From: an uncultured Candidatus Saccharibacteria bacterium
GTDB taxonomy: Bacteria > Patescibacteriota > Andersenbacteria > UBA10190
NCBI GenBank assembly: GCA_964562905.1
Contig: CAZLVG010000001.1
Coordinates: 2,297-66,296, forward strand
Length of the DNA: 64,000 bases
Direction: 5' to 3'
This document shows, piece after piece, positions 56,326-64,000 of the stretch. The notes below the pieces were generated by a model. It saw nothing but the letters and a program-made list of their open reading frames with translations. It did no database searches and was not told where the DNA came from. Positions within the stretch are counted from its first letter, which is position 1, and every line of letters begins with the position of its first letter. The translations under genes and the position numbers were made by a program.

Positions 56326-57172
56326 CCAGAATTCTCACCTGGCGCGTGCTAACGGTCAGGTTAGCGTTAACGGGATCGCTAAGCACGGCCTGGAAGCTTT
56401 CATTCCCCTCCGGCTCGGTATCAGCCACGATATCCACCATAATCATCTTTGACGTCTGGCCGGGATCAAAGACCACCGTCTCCGTTTTGGACACATAATC
56501 CTGGCCGGCCGTCGCCGAATCGGGCTGGGTGGCAAAATCAACCGTCACCCGCAGGGGATACTCATGGGACAGAACCACGGTCAGCGGAGCCTGATTATCG
56601 TCGGGCGGGTCGCCTTCATTAACGCTTAACGGCGAAGACGGATCAAATTTAACGTTCGGCAACGAGGTGGTCAGGCCCAGCGCCCCGCATTCCACGTCCA
56701 GTTCATGATCCCAGGACCTGACATAATACCGCGTTCCGCCTACCGCCCCGGTCATGTCCGCGGCTTCGGCCGTAATAAGCTGGCATCTTCGCTCCACCGT
56801 CAAATCATGGCCCAGCGAGGACACCTTAAGCGGAACCCCCGCTCCGCCAGGCTGAAACGACAGCTCGGCAGCGCCGATAATATTACCGCTACTGTCTGAC
56901 ACCGCCCGCACCAGCGAACCTTCACTTATCAGGCCGGTCGGCGCGTAGGTCCCGCTATTTAAAAGAAACAAAGTGTACTCTACTCCCGCTTCCGCTATGT
57001 GAAAGGCTTGTTCTTCCTGCTCCTGGTCGACTACCTGGTGCGACTGCCTGACCGCGAAGTTCAGCCAGGCCGTTACCACCACCAGCAATATCACCAAGAA
57101 CATCAACGTTATGGTCATCACCGCTCCCCGCTGGCCGCGCCGCGCTCGGGCCCGTCTTCCGTAGTCCAGCAT
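56315..57172 (-). CDS. PilX-N-like pilin with Calx-beta domain
   Basis: N-terminus QRGAVMTITLMFLVILLVV...AFHIAEAGVEY and C-terminal Calx-beta-like motif VDFATQPDSATAGQDYVSKTETVVFDPGQTSKMIMVDIVADTEPEGNESFQ. Confidence 0.6.
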   Translation of the reverse strand: MLDYGRRARARRGQRGAVMTITLMFLVILLVVVTAWLNFAVRQSHQVVDQEQEEQAFHIAEAGVEYTLFLLNSGTYAPTGLISEGSLVRAVSDSSGNIIGAAELSFQPGGAGVPLKVSSLGHDLTVERRCQLITAEAADMTGAVGGTRYYVRSWDHELDVECGALGLTTSLPNVKFDPSSPLSVNEGDPPDDNQAPLTVVLSHEYPLRVTVDFATQPDSATAGQDYVSKTETVVFDPGQTSKMIMVDIVADTEPEGNESFQAVLSDPVNANLTVSTRQVRILDDD

Positions 57173-57177
57173 AGTGT

Positions 57178-57798
57178 TTACTCCTCTATTACCTCTCCTA
57201 AATTAGTTTTTAGGTTGCGCAGCTGCACCTGCGACATTACTTCCACCGGATCCGGTTCCTGATTAGGATCAACATCTATAATAAGGCGAAATTGCAGGTA
57301 TTTTACCTCCGTTACGTCCGAAGACGATAAAGGCTCGCTGTCGGCCGGGTAATCGCCGGAATAATAAATAAAAATGGGCGTAGCCCCGTTGCGCACGGCG
57401 CCCACCGCCGTGGATACCTCTTCCGTATTTTCATCATAAACTAGAGGATCTCCCCCTGGTACGATCACCCCTCGCTTAAGGTCAGTCCCCTCCAGCTCGT
57501 AACGTATTCTTTCAGTAAGTCCGTCCTGGTCCACGTCGGAATAAAAAACTATCTTTTGCGGCTGTGCCGCGGCCAGCGGATAAGCGCCCGTGTCGGACAC
57601 GCGCAGCTCCCTCAACGACTTAGACAGCCGCTTTAAATGTACCCTGGCCGACTCCGTGGAACTGGCTTGCATAAACACTAAACGCGACAGAGGATATCCC
57701 GCGGCCATTAAGCGCAACAGCGCTACCAGAATAACAGAGCTGAAAAAAGCCACCAGTATCACTTCAATAAACGTGACTCCTGGTGATGGCCGGCTCAT
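57178..57798 (-). CDS. Type IV pilin-like protein
   Basis: Class III signal SPGVTFIEVILVAFFSSVILVALL. Confidence 0.8.
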   Translation of the reverse strand: MSRPSPGVTFIEVILVAFFSSVILVALLRLMAAGYPLSRLVFMQASSTESARVHLKRLSKSLRELRVSDTGAYPLAAAQPQKIVFYSDVDQDGLTERIRYELEGTDLKRGVIVPGGDPLVYDENTEEVSTAVGAVRNGATPIFIYYSGDYPADSEPLSSSDVTEVKYLQFRLIIDVDPNQEPDPVEVMSQVQLRNLKTNLGEVIEE

Positions 57799-59309
57799 TG
57801 CTGCAAGGTCATTTCAATCCTGGCTCGGGTGCTTCCTTCCGACACCGTGACTGTCTGCTGGCCTTCTTCAAACCCGGGCGCGCTCACCGTCAGCTCGTAA
57901 TCTCCCCCCGACGGCAAATCGCTGAACAGCACCTGTCCCACCGCGCCCGTGCCCAGTTCCTCGTCAATGCCCTGGCCTACCAGCCGGACGGTGGCGTTGT
58001 CCACCGGCTGCCCCTCGGGATCAACCACCGTCACGTGCAGCGAATAAGGGGTGTAGGGCACCAACGTTACCGTCATGTCCAGGTTGTCACCAGGATTGAC
58101 GTTCAAAGGCAGCACGAAGCTGGTCTCTTTTATATCGTAACCCGTCGCCGCCCCTGGGATGGTAAAGTCATACTGATCCCACACTAAGTCATCATAACCG
58201 GCCTGTCCCGCGTCGTCCGTGCTGCCGTCATGGTCCAGTACGTACACGTTATCTCCCTCGCCGTCCACCCCTATGGTTTTAGTGCCCCGCAAATTGTAGT
58301 CCAGGCTGACCGGCGTTCCGTCTTCTTCCCGCGTTGTTATAGAAAGGCCGGCCAGGCTATCTATGGCAAAGGTTTTACTGGTTACCTCGCCAATTATGAT
58401 GGACAGGTGGGCGTGGTCCGCGTCGGGCACGAAATCGACCGTGGTATCGTAAGTCTGCTCGGACGTGTAGCCGGGCGTGCTTACCGCCAGCTCATAACTG
58501 TCAGAACTTTCCGGCAGTCCCGGCAGCACCAGCCTGCCCTCGCTGTTGGTCTGGGTGTTTATATCAATGGGCGGGTCCACCGTCTCGTTCACTAGCCGCA
58601 CATCGGCTCCTTCTACCCCCTCGGCGGCGGCGTTCAAAGCCTGGAAATCCAAGGTGCCGCCCTCTTCTCCTCCCTCCATGCCCGGCGGCGCCACGTAGGT
58701 TACCAGCAAGACCGATCCTGTCTTGTTAGGCTGCTGCCAGGTAACTTCCACCCGGACCTGTTTGTAATCGGCGTTATACTCGTCTCCGGGCGGCGTGCCT
58801 TCACCGCCCTCACCGCACGCTCCCGTCACGTCACCGTGCGCCAGGTGAGCGTCCAGCGCCGAATCGGGCACCTGCAGCGTTCTCTCCGATGACGTGCCCG
58901 GCTTGTGGCAAATAGTTACCGTCTCTTCTCCCTCGCTGCTGCCGGCCGCTTGTCCGTCAAAGTAGTCGTCCACGTACCTGATGTCGGTATACACCGTGTA
59001 AGTTACGCCGCCGCGCTCCACCTGCTCTTCTTGTGGTATGCTGCCGCTGGGCACCCCGCCTTCCGTTCCCACCTCCGCGTAGGGAAGATTGCGCACCATC
59101 TCCATTCTCTCATTAGCCAGCGCCACCGCCATTATCCGTCGCTCTCCTTCCTGTACCGTGCGCAGATTAAGCACGAACAGTCCAAATATGCCCGTCAGGG
59201 TGGTACCAATAATAAAAGCGGCGATGAGCAATTCAATCAGCGTGAATCCCCTATCATTTGGCAGCTTGATAAAATAGCTTATTAACTTTGATAGCGGTTT
59301 AAATGACAT
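57795..59309 (-). CDS. Large pilin-like protein with CarboxypepD_reg-like domains
   Basis: Prepilin signal DRGFTLIELLIAAFIIGTTL. The 450-aa C-terminal region contains CarboxypepD_reg-like repeats (ATVRLVGQGIDEELGTGAVGQVLFSDLPSGGDYELTVSAPGFE). Confidence 0.75.
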   Translation of the reverse strand: MSFKPLSKLISYFIKLPNDRGFTLIELLIAAFIIGTTLTGIFGLFVLNLRTVQEGERRIMAVALANERMEMVRNLPYAEVGTEGGVPSGSIPQEEQVERGGVTYTVYTDIRYVDDYFDGQAAGSSEGEETVTICHKPGTSSERTLQVPDSALDAHLAHGDVTGACGEGGEGTPPGDEYNADYKQVRVEVTWQQPNKTGSVLLVTYVAPPGMEGGEEGGTLDFQALNAAAEGVEGADVRLVNETVDPPIDINTQTNSEGRLVLPGLPESSDSYELAVSTPGYTSEQTYDTTVDFVPDADHAHLSIIIGEVTSKTFAIDSLAGLSITTREEDGTPVSLDYNLRGTKTIGVDGEGDNVYVLDHDGSTDDAGQAGYDDLVWDQYDFTIPGAATGYDIKETSFVLPLNVNPGDNLDMTVTLVPYTPYSLHVTVVDPEGQPVDNATVRLVGQGIDEELGTGAVGQVLFSDLPSGGDYELTVSAPGFEEGQQTVTVSEGSTRARIEMTLQQ

Positions 59310-60516
59310 TGACCAGGTTGTAGATGGGTGAAATAACGGATACCGCCAGCGCTCCCACCGCCAGACCTATGAGCACCATCAGAATGGGCTCCATAATGGA
59401 AGTCAGGTTCTTCATGGTCTGGTCAACTTCACCTTCATAAAACTGCGCCGTCTCTTTCAATACTTGGTCCAACGCGCCCGTCTCTTCTCCTACCCTTATT
59501 ATATTAACGACAATCGGAGGAAACAGACGGCCGAAACCTTCCAGAAATTCACTTAATTCCTTGCCTCCCTTTACGTGCTCGCGCGCCTGCGCCAGCACGC
59601 GCGCGTAGCTAGGGTGGGGAGTGTTGGATCCCAGAATATCCAGAGCCTTAATGTAAGACACGCCGCTGGACAGCAGCGCGCCCAAGTTACGAGAAAAACG
59701 GGCTAAGTTTATCTCTTGCATGATAGGGCCAATCACCGGCGTATAGAGCAGCCCGTGCATGACAGCGGCCTTAACAGACTGCAGACGCAAAAGACCCCAG
59801 GCCGCGGCCACCAGAACAAACGCGCCTACGAAGAAAAGCAGCCAGTGAGCTTGAAAAGCGTCGCTGATGGCTATCAATATCCTGGTGGGCAGCGGCAGCT
59901 CCACGTCAAAACCTTCAAAGACCTCCACCAGCTTGGGCACCACGAAGAACATCATGGCCACCCCTACGGCAATAAGGGACAAAATAATCACTATGGGATA
60001 CATAAGGCCTCCCTTGACCGCCCGGCCCAGCTCATATTCTTTATGCAGCTGCTCCGCCAATACTTCTAAAGATTCTTGCAGCCGGCCGGTCGTCTCCCCT
60101 ACTCGCACAAAACTGACAAACAGCGGCGGAAACACATTAGGGAAAACCGACATCCCCTCGGCCAGCGTTTTGCCGCGGTCTATGTCACTGTGTAATGACT
60201 TCAAAGCCGTTCTCATGGCCCTACTACGGGTTTGCTCCTGTAAGGTCACCAGCGATCTTTTGACATCCAAGCCAGAACGCAACATGAGCGCGAAGTAGCG
60301 GGCGAACAGCGCGCGCTCCAGGGAGGATGCCCGGTTAAATAAGCCGGAAAAAACAGCCGCTCCCGGCAGCCGCTGTGCCTTTCTGCTGTAACTTGTCAGC
60401 AGTATACCCTCGCCTAACAGGTTCTGTCCCAAAACGGAGTGGTCGGGCGCCTCGCGCATCCCCCGCACTATCTCACCCGTCTTCTCCCGCCGTCCTTCAA
60501 AGGAATATATAGGCAT
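59299..60516 (-). CDS. pilC: Type IV pilus inner-membrane platform protein PilC (GspF family)
   Basis: Two GspF repeats, each with 3 TM. Motifs LEQ.G...AL..M.YP..I. Confidence 0.9.
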   Translation of the reverse strand: MPIYSFEGRREKTGEIVRGMREAPDHSVLGQNLLGEGILLTSYSRKAQRLPGAAVFSGLFNRASSLERALFARYFALMLRSGLDVKRSLVTLQEQTRSRAMRTALKSLHSDIDRGKTLAEGMSVFPNVFPPLFVSFVRVGETTGRLQESLEVLAEQLHKEYELGRAVKGGLMYPIVIILSLIAVGVAMMFFVVPKLVEVFEGFDVELPLPTRILIAISDAFQAHWLLFFVGAFVLVAAAWGLLRLQSVKAAVMHGLLYTPVIGPIMQEINLARFSRNLGALLSSGVSYIKALDILGSNTPHPSYARVLAQAREHVKGGKELSEFLEGFGRLFPPIVVNIIRVGEETGALDQVLKETAQFYEGEVDQTMKNLTSIMEPILMVLIGLAVGALAVSVISPIYNLVNVI

Positions 60517-60540
60517 CCCGGCAACAATTAATGCTAATAT

Positions 60541-60656
60541 ACAGAGGTAACATTATGCCATGCCACTATACTTGTGACGGGCTCTGGCGCGGCCCATGCA
60601 CCCCCGCGCCGCGCCACCCGTTTATTTAAAGAGTGGCATGGCATAATGTGATATCT
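60541..60656. mobile_element. MITE-like repeat, copy 4 (complete, both TIRs; inverted relative to copy 3)
   Basis: acagaggtaacattatgccatgcc...ggcatggcataatgtgatatct. It is about 90% identical to the reverse complement of copy 3, including the GC-rich core and the aaataaacgggtggcgc box. Confidence 0.75.
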
Positions 60657-60722
60657 ATAACTCACAGGTTTAAGTATAAATAATTATCCCTCCACCGACC
60701 AACCTCACCTCGCCCACACTAG

Positions 60723-60752
60723 CTACGAATTACGAGTTACGAATTACTGATT
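60723..60752. repeat. Dispersed heptad motif copy ACGAATTACGAGTTACGAATTACTG
   Basis: Near-identical to the reverse complement of 3574-3610, including the flanking attactgat. It lies immediately downstream of the pilB stop. Confidence 0.7.
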
Positions 60753-60760
60753 ACAAAACC

Positions 60761-62506
60761 TCATTCCCTGGCTACGCGCAACACTTCTTCTAAGCTGGTT
60801 ACTCCGCTGGCCACTTTCATAAAACCGTCCTCCACCATGCTTACCATGTTCTGTCCTTTGCGCGCCGCCTCTTCCAGCTGTCCAGAAGTAGTCTGCGGCT
60901 TTATTATCTGCTGCATTTCGGACGTTATTTCCATAACCTCGTAAATACCGATTCGCCCCTTGTAGCCGTCGTGACACCGCTGGCAGCCGCCCGCTTCGCC
61001 CGTCTTATAAAGCGGCATCTCCGTCCAGTCGGCATTGCTTTCAACTACTCCTTCCTTTCGTAAAACATTCAATACGCTGTCCATGTCAAACTCGTCCTGC
61101 AAATCTTTAACCAAAGCCGGCGTGAACTTCGACCGCCGCCGGCACTTGTCGCACAACCGTCTCACCAGGCGCTGGGCCAGAACTAGGTTTAAGGTGGAAG
61201 CCAGCAGAAAAGCTTCCACTTTCATGTCCCGCAACCGCGGCAAAGCGCCGGCCGCGCTGTTAGTGTGCAGCGTAGACAGCACTAGGTGCCCCGTCAGCGC
61301 CGCGTTAACGGCCAGCGAAGCCGTCTCCTCGTCCCGGATCTCACCTACCATAATAATGTCCGGGTCCTGCCGTACCAGCGACCGCAGGCCGTTGGCAAAC
61401 GTAAGCCCGATGCGGGAACGCACCTGGGTCTGATTAATGCGGGGCATACGGTATTCTATCGGGTCTTCAATAGTGCTGATGTTCACTTCCGAAGTGTTTA
61501 CCTCCTTCATAACCGCGTACAGCGTGGTGGTTTTGCCGGAACCGGTAGGACCTGTGACCAGTATCATACCGTGCGGGTGGTGAATGGCCTGGCGCAGTAC
61601 CTTTAACTGTTTTTTGTTTATTCCCAGGTCATCCAATCCCAGCCCCTGCCCTGATTCGTCCAACAGGCGCATTACTATTTTTTCACCGTCATAGACCGGC
61701 AGGGTGGACACGCGGAAGGCCACTTTGTAATTGTCGGACTCTATTTTAAAACGGCCGTCCTGCGGCAAACGGTGTTCATCAATTTTCAAATTAGCCAGCA
61801 CCTTCACCCTGGCCACCAGGCCGGGCAACACCGTCTTAGGCAGTATCAGCATATCCCGCAGAATCCCGTCTATACGGTAGCGAACGATAACTTTCTTCTC
61901 GGCGGGCTCTATGTGAATATCCGAGGCGCCTTCCAGAATGGCGTGCTTCAAAATTGCCTGGGCGATACGTATAACCGGCAGGTCGTCAGCCGATTCAACT
62001 TGCTCCCCCTGCTCCACTACATTTTTAAGTTCTTCGCCGACTACGTCTGAAAGCTCCGCCTTCAAGCTCTCTTGGTATTGGTTCAGCACGTTCTGTATGG
62101 AGGCAACGCTGGCCTGAGCCACCTCCACGGGCATGTCCACCTTTTTGCGCAAGAACTCCACCATTTGCCGATCGCTGGGGCTGGCCATGGCCACCCGCAG
62201 CCCTTTATCCGTCTGCTCGTAAGCTATGATCATGTGGCCGCGCGCCGTGGATTCAGGAAGAACGTTAAGCACTTCCCGCGGAACTCTCTTATCTCTCAAA
62301 TCAACGTAAGGCACCTGCGCCGCCTCCGCCTGAACTTTGGCCAAGTCTTCGCCGTCCACCAGGCCGCTGTCCACTAAAGCAGCCTGCCAGCCGGCACCGG
62401 CCTCCAGCTGCCGCTTTATCTCCTCCAGCTCTACCTCTTTCTTGAACAAATCTCTGCTAGCCAGCGTTTGCAGGATATTACCAATGGCGACAGTATCCTC
62501 TACCAT
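60761..62506 (-). CDS. pilB: Type IV pilus assembly ATPase PilB (GspE family)
   Basis: Walker A motif LVTGPTGSGKTTTLYA, Asp/His boxes, and tetracysteine CDKC...CQRC. An N-terminal GSPII_E_N domain is present. Confidence 0.95.
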   Translation of the reverse strand: MVEDTVAIGNILQTLASRDLFKKEVELEEIKRQLEAGAGWQAALVDSGLVDGEDLAKVQAEAAQVPYVDLRDKRVPREVLNVLPESTARGHMIIAYEQTDKGLRVAMASPSDRQMVEFLRKKVDMPVEVAQASVASIQNVLNQYQESLKAELSDVVGEELKNVVEQGEQVESADDLPVIRIAQAILKHAILEGASDIHIEPAEKKVIVRYRIDGILRDMLILPKTVLPGLVARVKVLANLKIDEHRLPQDGRFKIESDNYKVAFRVSTLPVYDGEKIVMRLLDESGQGLGLDDLGINKKQLKVLRQAIHHPHGMILVTGPTGSGKTTTLYAVMKEVNTSEVNISTIEDPIEYRMPRINQTQVRSRIGLTFANGLRSLVRQDPDIIMVGEIRDEETASLAVNAALTGHLVLSTLHTNSAAGALPRLRDMKVEAFLLASTLNLVLAQRLVRRLCDKCRRRSKFTPALVKDLQDEFDMDSVLNVLRKEGVVESNADWTEMPLYKTGEAGGCQRCHDGYKGRIGIYEVMEITSEMQQIIKPQTTSGQLEEAARKGQNMVSMVEDGFMKVASGVTSLEEVLRVARE

Positions 62507-62529
62507 CCGTATAGTGTACCATAAAACCC

Positions 62530-63276
62530 ATGGACGACCGCGCTCTGGAAGTGAAAGACCTCACCGTAAAGTTGGGGGGGCACACCGTACTTGATAACAT
62601 TAACTTCGCTGTGGAGGCGGGTTCCGTTACCGCCATCATTGGTCCTAACGGCGCCGGCAAGTCCGTATTGTTGAAAGCCGTGCTGCGCCTTACTCCCAAG
62701 GCCAGCGGCCGCGCGCGCATATTCGGAATTGACCATGAAAAATACCGGCAGGTCTCCCCCTTAGTTTCGTACATCCCGCAATCCCCCGCCTTTGATCCTG
62801 CCTTTCCCTTGACTGTGCAAGGACTTTTCTCTTTAAAATCCCTCCGCCCCTTAGGCATGAGTCGCGGCGAAAAGTTGCGCGCGGATGAGCTGCTGGATAT
62901 GGTGGGAGCCAAACACCTGTCGTCAAAACGGTTGAGCGCCCTGTCAGGGGGCCAGCTCCAACGCGTGCTGCTGGCTTACAGTCTTATGGACGAACCGAAG
63001 CTCCTGCTGCTGGACGAACCAGCAGCCGGTATAGACGTCAGCGGACAGGAAACTATCTATCCCCTGCTGGCCCGTATTCAGAAAAAAGAAAACCTTACTT
63101 TAATCATAGTCAGCCACGAATTGCAGATCGTTATGGAATACGCCAGCCAAGTGCTTTGCCTTAACAGGAAAATTCTTTGTGCCGGTCTGCCCCACAAAGT
63201 GCTGTCCAACGAAATACTGAAAAAAATGTACGGCACGGAAGTGCGGCACTTCACTCATAACCAGCACCATCTGTGA
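62530..63276 (+). CDS. Metal (Zn/Mn-type) ABC transporter ATP-binding protein
   Basis: Walker A motif GPNGAGKSVLLKA, ABC signature LSGGQLQRV, Walker B LLLLDEP. ZnuC-like, 248 aa. Confidence 0.85.
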   Translation: MDDRALEVKDLTVKLGGHTVLDNINFAVEAGSVTAIIGPNGAGKSVLLKAVLRLTPKASGRARIFGIDHEKYRQVSPLVSYIPQSPAFDPAFPLTVQGLFSLKSLRPLGMSRGEKLRADELLDMVGAKHLSSKRLSALSGGQLQRVLLAYSLMDEPKLLLLDEPAAGIDVSGQETIYPLLARIQKKENLTLIIVSHELQIVMEYASQVLCLNRKILCAGLPHKVLSNEILKKMYGTEVRHFTHNQHHL

Positions 63277-64000
63277 CCGCTGACTTTATCGTCATATTGT
63301 CACTGCCCTTCTTCCAGCGCGCCCTGGCAGTGGGGCTGATCCTGGGCGCCTTGATGGCACTGCTGGGAGTGATAGTGGTACTGCGGCGCCTGTCATTTTT
63401 TTCCGACGCCATCGGCCACTCCGCGCTGACCGGCATCGCGCTCGGCCTGCTGCTGCAGATCGACCCGTTTGTCAGCGCTTTTGTGTACACGCTGTTGGTG
63501 GCAGCGGCCATCTCGGGTGTGCGCCTGAAATCCCGCCTGCCGCTTGATTCCCTGCTGGGCGTCTTTTTTGCCGCCTCCGTGGCTCTGGGTGTGATTATCA
63601 TTCAACTTATACCCGGCTACCAGGCTAATCTTATAGCTTTCCTGTTTGGTGACATTCTGACCGTCAGCCGTTTTGACGTCATCCTCTCCCTGGCAGTGGC
63701 CGGCGCGGGGGCGCTGGTTATGCTGCTGGCCGGAAAAACGTTCGTGGCTATAGCTTTTGACGCCTCGCTGGCCCAAGCCGAAGGCGTGCCGGTAAGCGTC
63801 TATGAGCTGGTGCTCATGTTGCTGTTGGCGGCCGTAGTGGCTTTAGCCATAAAGTTCATCGGGGTTATTCTGGTCACGGCTATGCTTATCATTCCCGCCG
63901 CCAGCGCGCACAACATATGCCGCACCTTGTCCTCCATGTTCGTTGTCAGTGTGCTCATCGGCCTCGTCTCCGTAGCGGCGGGCATGACGGCCAGTGCCGC
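63273..64000 (+). CDS. ABC-3 family metal transporter permease (ZnuB-like), 3' end beyond window
   Basis: GTG start overlapping the znuC stop (GTGA). Polytopic membrane protein with motifs SFFSDAIGHSALTG and IIPAASA, typical of ABC-3 permeases. The frame is open to the window end. Confidence 0.8.
   Translation, partial: MTADFIVILSLPFFQRALAVGLILGALMALLGVIVVLRRLSFFSDAIGHSALTGIALGLLLQIDPFVSAFVYTLLVAAAISGVRLKSRLPLDSLLGVFFAASVALGVIIIQLIPGYQANLIAFLFGDILTVSRFDVILSLAVAGAGALVMLLAGKTFVAIAFDASLAQAEGVPVSVYELVLMLLLAAVVALAIKFIGVILVTAMLIIPAASAHNICRTLSSMFVVSVLIGLVSVAAGMTASA

Noticed and set aside
1-64000. CRISPR array or cas genes
   Set aside because: No regularly spaced direct repeats of 25-40 bp with unique spacers were seen. 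The only dispersed repeats are the MITE-like and heptad elements.

Overview
The window is dense, GC-rich bacterial chromosome with short intergenic spacers. It encodes many information-processing genes: topA 3' end, parA/parB, tRNA-Leu, smpB followed by an unannotated tmRNA, infC-rpmI-rplT, recO, rarA and tatD. Four aminoacyl-tRNA synthetases (LeuRS, GlyRS, type-2 IleRS, ArgRS) sit within about 25 kb, and there are no biosynthetic operons. This gene content resembles reduced-genome Patescibacteria/CPR-like lineages, but that is an inference only. Two accessory themes dominate. The first is a roughly 17-kb type IV pilus locus at 45.9-62.5 kb containing pilB, pilC and two tandem pilM-pilN-pilO sets. 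It also carries five prepilin-type genes, two with PilX-like N-termini, two with Calx-beta domains and one very Cys-rich. A PMT-type (GT39-like) protein O-mannosyltransferase is embedded in the locus. The second is a polyprenyl-phosphate/GT-C glycosylation toolkit: a DPM1-like GT2, a LAB_N small membrane protein, two more GT-C enzymes and DUF2079. It is accompanied by UDP-glucose 6-dehydrogenase and UDP-glucuronate decarboxylase, which would give a UDP-xylose route. The decarboxylase gene is interrupted in-frame by a 465-aa LAGLIDADG intein that opens with a Ser1 block A and ends ...FCHN before +1 Thr. A ~116-bp MITE-like element with perfect terminal inverted repeats is present in four intergenic copies, two complete and two degenerate. 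A dispersed ACGAATTACGAGTTACG heptad-repeat motif occurs at three loci. An AT-rich spacer between parA and tRNA-Leu has a tandem heptamer array and an inverted repeat, and is a candidate oriC or iteron region. Other notable genes are a giant 1115-aa FG-GAP/FN3/CarboxypepD_reg surface protein, a DUF11-like 660-aa surface protein paired with a K/R-rich 174-aa protein, and a ParB with a ~200-aa acidic N-terminal extension.
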